Assembly: GCA_951406725.2 (NCBI GenBank)
Contig: OX597827.1
Coordinates: 11,222,001-11,286,000 of the forward strand
Origin: Octopus vulgaris
Taxonomy: Eukaryota
Length of the DNA: 64,000 nucleotides
Direction of reading: 5' to 3'
Shown piece after piece: positions 41,275 through 54,572 of the stretch. Numbering within the stretch: the first letter of the stretch is position 1; each line of letters opens with the position of its first letter. The notes under the pieces were generated by a model. That model searched no databases. It was not told the origin of the DNA and saw only the letters and a program-made list of their open reading frames with translations. The position numbers were made by a program, and so were the translations under genes.

Positions 41275-41830
41275 TTGGAGTTGAGCTTGAACAAGTTCAA
41301 AATTTCAAATATCGTGGGTTAATTGTGGGTGATCAAGGTTCCAAGCCTGAAGTGATATCCTGCATTGCCAAAGCAATGACCAAATTCAGAACACTGTGGA
41401 AAGAGAGAAATATCTCACTGAGCTCCAAAATTAGGCTAATGAGATCACTAGTGATCATAATATTCCTGCACGCCTGTGAGACATGGACACTGAGAGCAGA
41501 AATCAAAAGAAGAATCCAGGCTACAGAGATGAAATATTTCAGGAGACTTTTGGGAATGTCATATAGAGATCGTGTTGCAAATGAGGATGTGTAAAGAAGA
41601 ATAAAGCAGGCAATAGGGCCCTCTGAGGAACTTCTTACACAGTAAAAAAACACAAGCTCAGGTGGTTTGGTCACCTACTCATCAGGGGTGGTCAAAACAA
41701 TCCTTATAGGAACAGTTAAAGATGGTAGATGCAGAGGCAGAAGACAGAGATAGGTGGAAGGATCTGGCTGCAAGGTCATCATTGGTTCCCCAATGGTCAG
41801 TCACACTATGGGATATGCAATGTAATGTAA
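41275..41830 (+). mobile_element. 5'-truncated RTE-clade LINE (RT C-terminal region, disrupted)
   Basis: LEQVQNFKY.G...SKIRLMRSLV..IFLHACETWTL...EMKYFRRLLG.SYRDRVANE...KLRWFGH; (TGTAA)n tail. Confidence 0.85.
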
Positions 41831-41910
41831 TTAATATCTATAAAATCATTAAATTTAGAACTGGAGCAACCAAATATTTGTCAAAATATTTACAGGGTGG
41901 TGGCAATGAA

Positions 41911-42059
41911 CAGGGACATGCAGGAAGTAAATAGACACCTTTAATTTTTTTAAATTTCTGATCTAAGCATCTTAATATGTTTTCAGCGGTGTAGAATTTA
42001 CAAGGTAATTATTCTTTTTCATTCCAGGTGCCATTATACTAAACATTTGCGAAGAGTAC
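41911..42059 (+). mobile_element. Left end of the same Tc1 family as 6422
   Basis: Near-identical to 6425-6568. Confidence 0.85.
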
Positions 42060-42479
42060 ATCAATGGTGCCCCATTGTGATATGTAGAAACTCCAAGCAA
42101 TGTAAAATATGGCCCGGACCATGTTAACCAGCATGAACATCAAATTTCAAAAAGTAGTTAACCATTTAATGGTTTTGGTAAATTTATACAGTAAAAGTAA
42201 GCATTATACTGTCCAACATAAATAAAAGTCAGCTTCATTATATTTGACACTATTTTTTTGTGTAAAAGCCTATTCTGACATTAAATAAGTCAACATCCAG
42301 TACGAATGTTTACGTTTTGTATGTTTTTTCAACAAAAAGAATTTCAAAAAAATTCTGGAAACGATCTACTCATGTAATTTACATGCAAAACAAAGTTTAT
42401 TTTTATTTTTGCAAAAAAAAAATATGTGTGTAAATTACATGGGTTTTTACTATATGTCTATATTCATGTAAGTATATAT

Positions 42480-42652
42480 TTATTTTTTCTCTCTCCTTTT
42501 TTCTCTCCTTGTTTTTTCTGTGTCTCTTTCTATAGAAGAGCGTAGGCTCGAAACGTAAAAGACTTTTTTCTATTCCTGAGTGTTATACTAATACATCTGT
42601 TTGTTTTGTACACCAGCTGTCTTCGTCTTTTGTCTTTTTCGTAAACTCTCCC
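42480..42652 (+). mobile_element. Penelope-like remnant with minimal HHR-like fold (42525-42562)
   Basis: TCTTT-CTATAGA-AGAGC GTAG GCTC-GAAA-CG-TA^AAAGA. Confidence 0.6.
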
Positions 42653-42932
42653 TATATATTTATACATATATATATATAGATATACATATGTGTGTGTGTG
42701 AGTGCGTGCATGCATAGTATCCTTTTAATTCAGACATGTTCATTTTTTTCTCTATTATCTCATTCTTCATCTATACTTACTGTAGTAAAACAATGGCTCA
42801 AGATATTAAAAACTCTATCTGCTATTCCTGAGCATCACCCTAATACACAATTTGTTTTTTTATCTTGCCTCCACGTCTTTTTATACTTTTGCGTAATTTA
42901 GATGACAGTTTATTCACCGCACCATGTGTGTG

Positions 42933-42971
<39 letters not shown>

Positions 42972-43051
42972 TAAAATGGTGAGATAACAAAAGAAAGAAA
43001 GAGACCTCAATATTATGTAAATAGAGGAAATTTATCTATACAATAATATGT

Positions 43052-43254
43052 TACATTACTCAATAGTCAAGATAAAACTCTGAGTTTCAGATGCTGAAGT
43101 GGGAATTCACGATATCTCTTCGGTTATCTGGCTATTTGAAAACGCTATGAAAAAATCATAGCGTTTTCAAATAGCCAGATAACCGAAGCGACGTCGTGGA
43201 TTCCCACTTCGGCATCTGAAACTCAGAGTTTTATCTTGACTATTGAGTAATGTA
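43052..43254. repeat. Hairpin (99-bp arms, 5-nt loop) with an HHR fold in each arm (43071-43128 -, 43178-43235 +)
   Basis: GATAA-CCGAAGA-GAT...ATCT-GAAA-CTC A GAG-TT^TTATC. Confidence 0.8.
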
Positions 43255-43274
43255 TATATTTATAGATATATATA

Positions 43275-43357
<83 letters not shown>

Positions 43358-43616
43358 GTTGTGTAGATATATTGTATAGATATATATATATGTAGGTCCC
43401 GGGTTGATTCGGGGTTAACCACAGTAAATAAGGTACTCACTTCTATATAATAAATTAATTTTACGAAGCTCCTTCTATATAATAAATATATATATATATA
43501 TTTATATATTTTATTTATATATTTAGTTGTGTCTGGAGAGAGTCATTCTCTTTTACTGCTTTATTATTTGACACACTCACCATTAATGTTTCCACTCATT
43601 TACTTATTTATTTTTC

Positions 43617-43653
43617 CTAAAATTTTCGTTATGTCTTGCAACCTTTTCAATAG
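43617..43653 (-). ncRNA. Minimal HHR, U3-A8 variant, in element ~43526-43660
   Basis: CTA-TTGAAAA-G-GTTG CAAGACA TAAC-GAAA-AT-TT^TAG. Confidence 0.6.
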
Positions 43654-44573
43654 TCCAAATCCAAAAACAAATTATATTTATTTATATATCGATCTAAGTT
43701 CACTTGTATGTTCCAACCTGATTTTTTTTTGGGTCTGGGTATATGAATGTGAGTGAGTGTGTGCACATCTGTGTGTGCATGTGTGTGCGTGTGTACATGC
43801 ATGTGTGCATGTGTGTGTGCATGAATAGGTGTGTTTTTTGCACTTTAATACCAGGTAAAGGTTCATAGGACAACCAAATGTATTGAAGCTTAATAGAGAC
43901 AGAGAACAAAGGAAAAATTAATAGTGATCAAACATTTAAATCTTAACAGTTGTTGCACAAATTTGCACATCTGCATGACAATAGTGAAGCTGAGTCATAG
44001 CAGGAACTTTTTTTAAAATACAATGCAGAATTTGTTTTTACCGTTTTTTTAATTTTGTCGTTTGTTTTTACTTTATTTAGTTATTTATTTTTCGTTATGT
44101 TTCATTGATGAAAAAAATATGTTGAACACAATGTTTTAGACATACCAATATATATATACACATATAAATATATACATATATACACACAAACATACACACA
44201 TGCATAAACATGTACATATGTATATACATAAATACATATATGTATATGTGTATATAGTTATACATATATATATGTATATATATATATATATATATATGTA
44301 TAACTATATACACATACATGTATGTATTTGTGTATATATATATGTATATATTTATATGTATATATTTATATATATATATATGTATATATTTATATGTATA
44401 TATATATATATATGATCAAGTGTGTGTGTGTATGTGTGTGCATGTGTATGGACAGAGAAAGAGAGTGAGAGAAAGCGGTAAACTATTGATGAAGTCACAA
44501 GTTTGCATACACCCGACTTAGATTTTCTGCATGCATAAATACTAAAATGCATGCATGATACACACGCATGTGT

Positions 44574-44625
<52 letters not shown>

Positions 44626-44924
44626 GTCTCATGCAAACATCCTTGTACACATGCACCCAAACACACGACACGCACATGAGACAATATCACATGAATAATT
44701 TGCTTTCCCTTATATATTTTCTATATATTAAGGTGTTAAATTATGAAATATAGTAGAGCAGGTGAGAACTATTTGTCATTGTTTTTTCATGGGTTATAAC
44801 AGTCCATTGTACCCTGGCTGTCACGAAAGCAACCAAGCAAATGAAAGGTATCATCATGTCTAGCAGAGCATATGTAATTGAAATAAAGACTTTATGGCTA
44901 CAATCACATCCTAATATTTAAAGT

Positions 44925-45275
44925 GTTATGTGCATGGCTCAGTGGTTAGAGCGTCGAGCTTACGATCGTGAGGTTGTGAGCTCGAATCCCGAACCGGGCT
45001 GCGTGTTGTGTTCTTGAGTGAGACACTTTATTTCACGTTGCTCCAGTTCACTCAGCTGTAGAAATGAGTTGCGACGTCACAGGTGCCAAGCTGTATCGGC
45101 CCCTTTGCTTTTCCCTTGGACAACATCGGTGACATGGAGAGGGGAGGTCGGTATGCATGGGCGACTGCTGGTCTTCCATAAAAAAAAAAAAACAACCTTG
45201 CCCAGACTTGTGCCTCAGAGGGTAACTCTCTAGGTGCAAACCCATGGTCAGTGTCTGACCGAAGGGGGGGTCACC
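44925..45275 (+). mobile_element. SINE family D subfamily, well preserved
   Basis: TGGCTCAGTGGTTAGAGCG...GCTCGAATCCC head; CORE-like segment. Confidence 0.85.
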
Positions 45276-45378
45276 ATCACCATCACCATATGCTAACAGA
45301 GGGGTGAAAATGGTGTGATTATAGGAGATAGTAAGGGGACAGAATGTATTTGTTGTTGTTGTTGTTGCAGATGGTGAA

Positions 45379-45612
45379 GGCGGCGAGCTGGCAGAAACGT
45401 TAGCACGCCGGGCGAAATGCTTAGCGGTATTTCGTCTGCGTTACGTTGTGAGTTCAAATTCCGCCGAGGTCGACTTTGCCTTTCATCTTTTCAGGGTCGA
45501 TAAATTAAGTACCAGTTATGCACTGGGGTCAATGTAATCGACTTAATACCTATGTCTGTCCTTGTTTGTCCCCTCTGTGTTTAGCCCCTAGTGGGTAATA
45601 AAGAAATAGGTA
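45379..45612 (+). mobile_element. SINE family B, well preserved
   Basis: CpG-rich head intact. Confidence 0.9.
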
Positions 45613-45782
45613 AGAGTATAGGAAGTGGTGGAAGTTGTTGTAGTTGTAGCTGTTGCTGTTGTTGATGTTGTTGTTAGTGATGATGACAATTGTTTGGGCG
45701 TTGATAAACCTGTTTGTATTAACATTACCTTCTTCCATCTCCTTCTTGTTTTTCCTTTTTATTACTTTTATTACTTTAAAGG

Positions 45783-46169
45783 TGGAGGCGCAATGGCCCA
45801 GTGGTTAGGGCAGCGGACTCGCGGTCGTAGGATCGAGGTTTCGATTCCCATACCGGGCGTTGTGAGTGTTTATTGAGTGAAAACACCTAAAAAGCTCCAC
45901 GAGGCTCCGGCAGGGGATGGTGGTGATCCCTGCTGTACTCTTTCACCACAACTTTCTCTCACTCTTACTTCCTGTTTCTGTTGTACCTGTATTTCAAAGG
46001 GCCAGCCTTGTCACTCTCTGTGTCACGCTGAATATCCCCGAGAACTACGTTAAGGGTACACGTGTCTGTGGAGTGCTCAGCCACTTACACGTTAATTTCA
46101 CGAGCAGGCTGTTCCGTTGATTCGGATCAACCGGAACCCTCGTCGTCGTAACCGATGGAGTGCTTCCCC
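45783..46169 (+). mobile_element. SINE family D with 14-bp TSD
   Basis: TSD TATTACTTTAAAGG at 45769-45782 and 46170-46183; tRNA-like head. Confidence 0.9.
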
Positions 46170-46440
46170 TATTACTTTAAAGGGCTGTGAGCTGGCAGAA
46201 TCATCAGTACGCTCGACGAAATACTTAGTAGCATCTTGTCCAGCTTTATATTCTGAGTTCAAATTACGCTGAGGTCAGCTTCGCCTTTCATCCTTTTAGG
46301 ATTCATAAAGTACAAGTTAAGCACTGAGGTTAATGTAATTGACAAGTTCCCCTCCTTCAAAAATGCAAGTCTTGTACAAAGGATTATCTTAAATCGTGTT
46401 AAGCTGCACTTGACGAAATTCATAGGGGCTCAGGCTCTCT

Positions 46441-46848
46441 CTACTCTTTTACTCTTTTACTTGTTTCAGTCATTTGAATGCGGCTATGCTGGAGCACCAC
46501 CTTTAATCGAGCAACTCGACCCCGGGACTTATTCTTTTGTAAACCCAGTACTTATTCTATCAGTCTCTTTTGCCGAACTGCTAAGTAACGGGGACATAAA
46601 CACACCAGCATCGGTTGTCAAGCAATGCTAGGGGGACAAACACAGATGCACAAACACACACATGTATATATATATACATATATACGATGGGCTTCTTTCA
46701 GTTTCCGTCTACCAAATCCACTCACAAGGCTTTGGTCAGCCCGAGACTATAGTAGAAGACACTTGCCCAAGGTGCCACGCAGTGGGACTGAACCCGGAAC
46801 CATGTGGTTGGTAAACAAGCTACTTACCACACAGCCACTCCTGCGCCT
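46441..46848 (-). mobile_element. SINE family A full length
   Basis: Consensus match. Confidence 0.9.
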
Positions 46849-48099
46849 ATATGTTTTAAGGCTCTTTATGTTTTAAGTTAAAATGCAACAGAGATCAACT
46901 TTGCCTTTCATCCTTTCAGGGTTGATAAAATAAAAACCAGTTGAGCACTCGGGGGAGGGGATCAATGTAGCTGGTTTTACCCTCCCCACAAAAATTTCAG
47001 GTTTTTTGCCTAAATTAGCAGGAATTATTTTTTTTTTAAGAGTCAATAAAAAATCAGAATTGTAGGGGCAACAGACAATATGTCTTGTAACATTTTTTCT
47101 CACTATTTACATTCAAGGATTAAAATCTCACTGAAATCAATTTTGCCTTTTATTCTTCAATAAATAAAGTACCAGTCAAGTCCTAGGGGCGATGCTGTTG
47201 ACTTACGTACAGCCCCTAGAACTGCTGGCCTTGTGCCTAAATCAGAAACGCTAATTACTATTACCATCGTTATTTTCGTTTCCCCACCTTGTCCCATTTT
47301 ATGTAAAACTTCACACTGTTCACTGTTCTTGCAATGTCCATGCACATTAGATTTTATAGCATTGGACAAAATATTTTGCCGCTTCACTTCTGATTCGCTA
47401 TGTCCTGAATTTGAATTTCACCAAAGTCAACATCATCTTTCATCTCTTCAGGAGTGTATAAAAATAAGCACAAGCACAGAGGTCAGTTTAAACAACTGAC
47501 CCATTTCCCAAAATCTCAGGCCTTAAACTTATCGTCATCCTCATCATTTAACGTCTGTTTTTCCATGCTGGCATGAGTTGGACAGTTTGGCTGAGAATTG
47601 ATAAACTGGGGAGCTACACCGGATTCCAGTCTGATTTGGCATGGTTTTTATGACTAGATGCCCTTCCTAATGCCAAAACAACCACTAGCACTTTGGACAA
47701 AATGCTAAACAGCATTTTTCTCCAGTTGTTTACGTTCTGTGTTCAAATACCACTCAAGTCAACTTTGCCATTTATCCTTCCAGGGTCAATAAAACAGAGT
47801 AACAGTCATATATTGGGGATGTAATTGACTTGTCCCATCCTCTCAAAACTGCTCTTGTCATGGCCACAAAGATTTCTGACATCGATGCAATTGATTATTA
47901 CTTCAGTATATTACTGGTACCTGTTTATCAACCACAGAAGGACAAAATGTACTGTTGATCCAGTTGGTTTAGTCTTTATGTGGTAAATCATGTTACTAGA
48001 AATAATAGCCAACTCTCCAGTGAATCAAACCTGACAAACTGCTTTGTAAAAAATTGTAGGACACATTGGAAGCTTCGGTGTAGGGGTTCTCATCAACCA

Positions 48100-48276
48100 A
48101 GCTCCTCAGCAGTATACGCTCATATGACCCAAAATAACCTCCAGGGATTTGATGGAATCAAACTGATGCCACACCCAGTATACAATCCAGACCTAGCTCT
48201 CTCAGATTACTGCTTGTTTCCATCCATGGCTCTCTTCCTGCACTCACAACACTTCATCACACAAGGAGAGGTGAAA
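48100..48276 (+). pseudogene. mariner transposase catalytic-domain fragment
   Basis: MPHPVYNPDLALSDYCLFPSM resembles the mariner HPPYSPDLAPSDY.LF motif. Confidence 0.8.
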
Positions 48277-48949
48277 GTGTGTAACTGGTACTTATTTAAT
48301 CGACCCCAAAAGGATGAAAGGCAAATTCGACCTCGGCGGAATTTGAACTCAGAATGTAACGGCAGATGAAATACGGCTATGCATTTCGCCCGGCATGCTA
48401 ATGTTTCTGCCTGCTCAGTGTCTGAAGTCTTTCTACTTATTGACATCCAGTTCTATATTAAACTTTGCTTGACATTTAGATCTTTAGTGGAGGTTGTATC
48501 TATAAGGTCCTTTACTTTGAAGAGCAAGAACTGTTTTCAGCATATTAAAGAACTTGTAAAATAATGTCTTCAGACAGTGTTACTTCAGACAGGCCTCTAC
48601 TTTGAATGCTAGGCTGCTTTTATAGTAACTTGACAAATAAAACCCAATAAGTTTCCAAAATGTTGCAAAACTTTTGACTCAACACAATATTTTAGTAACA
48701 GCTCACTTGAATAAATTTCTAATTTACCTTGACAGCTGTGTTATACAAGTATCAAGAATTTCTAATTATGATTCTTTGCAGATATAAACATAATAATTCA
48801 TTGTAATTACACGCCAGCTCTATATATCAATTAAATTATACACCTGCAATAGTTTACATAAACTGTTGAAATCAAATCAGTTGTAAGTGCAACGAGCTGA
48901 ATTAATTAGCTTTACAAAATTCTGTTTATTTCCCTACACTTTAACTATT

Positions 48950-49111
48950 AGCACAGGAGCGGCCTTGTGGTAAGTAGCTTGCTAACCAACCACATGGTTC
49001 CAGGTTCAGTCCCACTGCGTGGCATCTTGGGCAAGTGTCTTCTGCTATAGCCTCGGGCCGACCAATGCCTTGAGAGTGGATTTGGTAGATGGAAACTGAA
49101 AGAAGCCTGTC

Positions 49112-49157
<46 letters not shown>

Positions 49158-49358
49158 TTGTGTGTCTGTGTTTGTTCCTCTAGCATTGCTTGACAACCGA
49201 TGCTGGTGTGTTTATGTCCCCGTCACTTAGCGATTTGGCAAAAGAGACCGATAGAATAAGTACTGGGCTTACAAAGAATAAGTCCCGGGATCGATTTGCT
49301 TGACTAAAGGCGGTGCTCCAGCATGGCCGCAGTCAAATGACTGAAACAAGTAAAAGAT
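48950..49358 (+). mobile_element. SINE family A
   Basis: Consensus match. Confidence 0.9.
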
Positions 49359-49846
49359 AAAAAAAAAAAGAAAGATGCATGGCCTAGTGGTTAGGATGTT
49401 GTACTCCCAATCATGAGATTATGGTTTCAATTCCTAGACTGGGTGGTACGTAGTGTTCTTGAGCAAAACACTTCATCTCATATTACTCAGCAATTACTTT
49501 GACACCAGACACTTGGCACACTGTGCACCTGTTCAGGTAATTTCGATTTGATGGAGGGAGTGGGCTAATATACAAACACATACATTTGATAACTATAAAC
49601 GAATCATTTGTGCAGGCCGTTCAGCAAAAAAACTGAACACTCATATATCATTTTTGGCAGGAAAATCCACATCATAAACCGATAGAGTTAATTACTAAAC
49701 TTTTCTTTGTTACACATAGATGAATAATATGTTGGTTGTAGACTCCAGTGGAAGTGATATCTCTAAAGATATCAGATTTCATTTACTTAAAACATTTATT
49801 TATTTTTATTTTTTGCTGTTGTTGAAGATAGTAAAGAGTGATTTAA

Positions 49847-49996
49847 CCCTTTCGTTACCAACCCGGCTGAAACCGGCTCTGGCTCTTTAGTACAAATGTC
49901 TTGTTTTCATAAGTTTTGAATTAAAATCTTCCACCAAATCTTAGTCACAATTTATGTTCCTAACACTAGCTCAACAGAAATACGGTAACGAAAGGG
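49847..49996. mobile_element. piggyBac-type MITE
   Basis: TTAA-CCCTTTCGTTACC ... GGTAACGAAAGGG-TTAA. Confidence 0.85.
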
Positions 49997-50164
49997 TTAA
50001 GGGAATTTTGCTGTTATTTCATCAAGGGCAAGCGACTACACGGAGACTCTGACAATGGTATGTGGGACATACAAGTAAATTGTTAAGTTATTTAGTACCT
50101 ATATTACAGTGAAGTACAAGTGAAATACTATGAAACTTTTCTTTGGTGGGACAAGAGTCCTTCT

Positions 50165-50725
50165 ACAATTTTGTGGCAGGGGATAAGTCAATTACATTGA
50201 CCCCAATACTCAATTAGTACTTATTTTCTAGACCCCAAAAGAATGAAAGGTAAAGTTGACCTCAGAGGAATTTGAACCCAGAATGTTAAGATGGTTGAAT
50301 TGCTGCTAAGGAATTTGCCTGGCATGCTAGCAATTCTTTTCTACTTAAGGCACAAAGCTCGAAATTTTGGGGGAGGGGACCAGCCGATTAGATCGACCCC
50401 TGTATGCAACTGGTACTTAATTCATCGACCCCAAAAGGATGAAAAGCAAATTCACCATTGGCTGAATTTGAACTCAGAACGTAGCGGCAGATGAAATACC
50501 TATTTCTTTACTACCCCCAAGGGGCTAAACACAGAGAGGACAAACAAAGACAGACGAACGAATTAAGTCGATTAGATCGACCCCAGTGTGTAACTGGTAC
50601 TTATTTAATCGACCCCGAAAGGATGAAAGGCAAAGTCGACCTCGGCGGAATTTGAACTCAGAACGTAACAGTAGATGAAATACTGCTAAGCATTTTGCCT
50701 GGCGTGCTAACGTTTCTGCCAGCTC
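50165..50725 (-). mobile_element. Three tandem family B SINE copies
   Basis: Core at ~50240, 50435 and 50620. Confidence 0.8.
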
Positions 50726-51266
50726 AGTGTCAGAAGTCTTTCTACTTATTGACATCCAGTTCTATATTAAACTTCGCTTGACATTTTGATCTTTAGTGGA
50801 GGTTGTATCTATAAGGTCCTAAAGATAGCTATTCCCTTCCTACATATTCACATTCATATTACGTCAGTCTTCTCTGTCTCTCCACCATATTTCTAAATAT
50901 TTCAGTTAATGAGGAGATATCTCGTACTTGAGAAGGCCTATCCATCTCAGTAAAAATCAAGTCCCACCAAGACTTACCCAACAATTTATCGTTTAACACC
51001 TGTCCATCCATCAATCAATCTTCTTACTGCAGTACTATTCACTCAGGTGTTGTAAATAATGGTTTCAAATTTAGGCACAAGGCCAGCAATTTCAGAGGAG
51101 GGATAAGTTGATTACAACAACCTCAGTTTTCAGCTGGTACTTATTTTATAAACCCTGAAAGTATGAAAAGCAAAGTTGACCTAGGTGGAATTTGATCTGA
51201 GAATGTAAAGACAGACAAAATGCTGCTAAGCATATTTCTAACAGTTCTGCCAGCTCGCCACTTTAA

Positions 51267-51487
51267 CCTTTTCGTTACTGTATTTCTGTTGAGAGGCTCT
51301 GTGTTTCTTTCAATTACTTTGAATACAACAAAGAATTTAGTACAATAACTTAGTTATCATTCAGCTAGTGTTAGGAGCATAAATTGTGATTAAGGTTTGA
51401 TGGAAGATTTTAATTCAAAACTTATGAAGACAAAACATATGTACTCAGAGCCAGAACCGGTTTTCAGCCGGGTTGGTAACGAAAGGG
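51267..51487. mobile_element. piggyBac-type MITE, longer copy in opposite orientation, at the head of a SINE B (51060-51262)
   Basis: TTAA TSD; same TIRs as 49847. Confidence 0.85.
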
Positions 51488-52069
51488 TTAAGGTGCTGTA
51501 AATAATGCCATTTATTCACTACACTTCCCATTGAATCCCTACTACTGTCACTTATCACCTCTTCCTCCTTGACTTACCTTCATTTCCTTCACTTCACCCC
51601 ACACCTCCAAACTGATAATTGATGGGTCTACCTCAATCCCTCATCTCTAATCATCTGTCACACTATTTTCCTTCTAGTGCCCTTAACTACCCCTTCAAGT
51701 ACTTTACACCTGTTCTCTTTCTTATATTCATCTTATGCCTTGAAGGTGTACCAACACCCTCTCTTTCCTTCTTTCCTGCTGGGAAGGTCTTGCATTTACC
51801 TCTCTAGCAACAGACCTGTTCCTATCCTTTTCACCTCCTTCAATACTCTACCTCACTAAGTTAAGGGGTCCTGTTCTGCAAGTACTTGGTAACATGTGCG
51901 GGTGTTAGGAAGAGAGCACCATGTACCTGCTGTAAAATGGTTGGCATTCAAAAGGGCATCCAAGTGTAGAAACAAGTAGACATTGGAGTTCAATACTCTC
52001 TTCTGGCTGGTCAGTTCCTGTTAGACAGTTCAGTATGAAAAAAAGGACATTAAATAATGAAGATAAAGA

Positions 52070-52720
52070 CATCATCATCATCACTTAAGGTCCGTTTTCC
52101 ATGCTTGCATGGGTTGGATGGTTTTGACTGAGGGCGAGCTGGCAGAAACATTAGCACGTCGGGCGAAATGCTAAGCGGTATTTCATTGCCGCTACGTTGT
52201 GAGTTCAAATTCCGCCGAGGTTGACTTTGCCTTTCATCCTTTCGGGGTCGATTAAATAAGTACCACTTACGCACTGGGGTCGATATAATCGACTTAATCC
52301 ATTTGTCTTTCCTTCTTTGTCCTCTCAGTGTTTAGCCCCTTGTGGGTAGTAAAGAAATAGGTTTTGACTGAGGGCTGGCAACCAGATGGCTGCACCAGGC
52401 TCCAATTTTGATCTGGCAGAGTTTCTACAGCTGGATGCCCTTCCTAACGCCAACCGCTCCGAGAGTGAAGTGGGTGCTTTTTACGTGCCACCTGCATGGG
52501 GGCCAGTCAGGCGGCACTGGCAATGACCTCGCTCGAATCTTTTTACACGTGCCACCGACACAGGTGCCAGTGAAGCGACGTTGGTAACGATCACGCTCGA
52601 ATGGTGCCCTTTTACGTGCCACGGGTATGGAAGCCAGTTGGCTGCTCTGGCAACGATTACACTTGGATGGTGTTCTTGGCACCCTACTAGCACAGGCATA
52701 AGTGCCAGTAAAGCGACGCT
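52070..52720 (-). mobile_element. SINE family C with nested family B copy (52136-52359, +)
   Basis: 16-bp TSD GGTTTTGACTGAGGGC at 52120 and 52360. Confidence 0.85.
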
Positions 52721-53444
52721 GAATGGTAAGAATCTTTCTGAAATATATTTGTTATTTATTAAGTTTTGTTATAAGTTTGTATCTTAAAGAAACGAAAGTA
52801 ACATTAGTTTTGTTTAGATGAATTAAACGTCAGTCAAAAATTCGGTATTTTATACGAGTGGTTAACTTGAGAATTTAGCTTGCAAACTGAGAGACATACC
52901 TTATTATGTTTTTATCATCAATTTAGGAATCAAATTTCTGTGACTATATACTTTAGTTGCACTTGGTTACATCATAGAATTAACAGGAGAGGTCTGCTAT
53001 AGTTTTAGTTTCAGATTCTTGTACATTATATATAATCAATATTCTTGGTATTTATTACATTACTGCATACAATGTTACCGAAATTCAAGACTATTTAGAG
53101 CAAGCAAAATAGCTGTAACTTGCCAAGAAAATAAATGAAAAGTTTCTCATAAAATTCTTAATTACAGCCCAATTATAAATAATTGAATTTGATAAATTTA
53201 TATATTCATTAATTTCAAGTGATGACAGTAGGTAAAATAAAATTTTAATATTAATAAGTTATAGATTTAATGCAGTTAGAATGTTCATGTTATTATAATA
53301 CTATAGTTATATCATTCCCTAAAATGATTTCTTTGATTATATAATAGTAGTATTTGACTGGTCTGAAATGTGATAAAGTAACAATGAATATTATTATTAT
53401 TATTATTATCATTATTATTATTATTATTATTATCATTATTAATA

Positions 53445-53630
53445 AGGCAGCAAGCTAGCAGAATCATTAGCATGCCAGGTGAAATGCTTAGTGGTATTTC
53501 ATCTGCCACTATGTTCTGAGTTCAAATTCCGCCGAGGTCAACTTTGCCTTTCATCGTTTCGGGGTCAATAAATTAAGTACCAGTTGCGCACTGGGGTCGA
53601 TGTAATCAACTTAATACCTATGTCTGTCCT
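53445..53630 (+). mobile_element. SINE family B
   Basis: Consensus match. Confidence 0.85.
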
Positions 53631-54157
53631 TTATATATATATATAGATAGATAGGTAGACAGACAGGCAGACAGACAGACAAACAGACACATAGATAGAT
53701 AGATAGATAGATAGATAACACACGGACACACACACTCGTGGTCTTCATCGATAACGTCGTATACTACTCAGACTTACTCCCCGCCGACCGACCGGCCGCA
53801 CTCTTGCTTGACAGACAGATAGATAGATAGATAGATAGATAGACAGACAGATAGACAGACGGACGGACGGACGGACGGATGGATGGATGGATGGATATAG
53901 ATATATGCATACATTCAGATATGAGCATACATGTGTGACGGGTTTCTGGTACTCTTTCAGTGTTTGTACATTAAATTCCCTCACAGGTCAGTGGTAAACC
54001 TTGGGCTATAGCAGAAAGAGCCACTTTACAAGCCACAGTGTTTGTTCAAAACAGTCGGTATTATGTTCTGCTGTTTGTATTGATTCCAAAACCAGCAAAC
54101 AGAGAGGTTTCATAATTAATGTGTTTCAAATGATTTGCTTTCCTTTATTTATTTATA

Positions 54158-54322
54158 GGTGCAGGAGTGGCTGTGTGGTAAGTAGCTTGCCTACCAACCA
54201 CATGGTTCCGGGTTCAGTCCCACTGCGTGGCACGTTGGGCAAGTGTCTTCTGCTATAGCCCCGGGCCGACCAATGCCTTGTGAGTGGATTTGGTAGACGG
54301 AAACTGAAAGAAGCCTGTCGTA

Positions 54323-54369
<47 letters not shown>

Positions 54370-54572
54370 ATATGTTTGTGTGTTTGTCCCCCTAGCATTG
54401 CTTGACAACCGATGCTGGTGTGTTTACGTCCCCGTCACTTAGCGGTTCGGCAAAATAGCCCGACAGAATAAGTACTGGGCTTACAAAAGAATAAGTCCCG
54501 GGGTCGATTTGCTCGACTAAAAAGGCGGTGCTCCAGCATGGCCGCAGTCAAATGACTGAAACAAGTAAAAGA
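54158..54572 (+). mobile_element. SINE family A full length
   Basis: Consensus match. Confidence 0.9.

Noticed and set aside
45783-45860. tRNA gene
   Set aside because: tRNA-like head continues into a SINE body bounded by a TSD
47980-48369. 129-aa ORF as an intact gene
   Set aside because: Chimera of a mariner fragment and SINE B sequence
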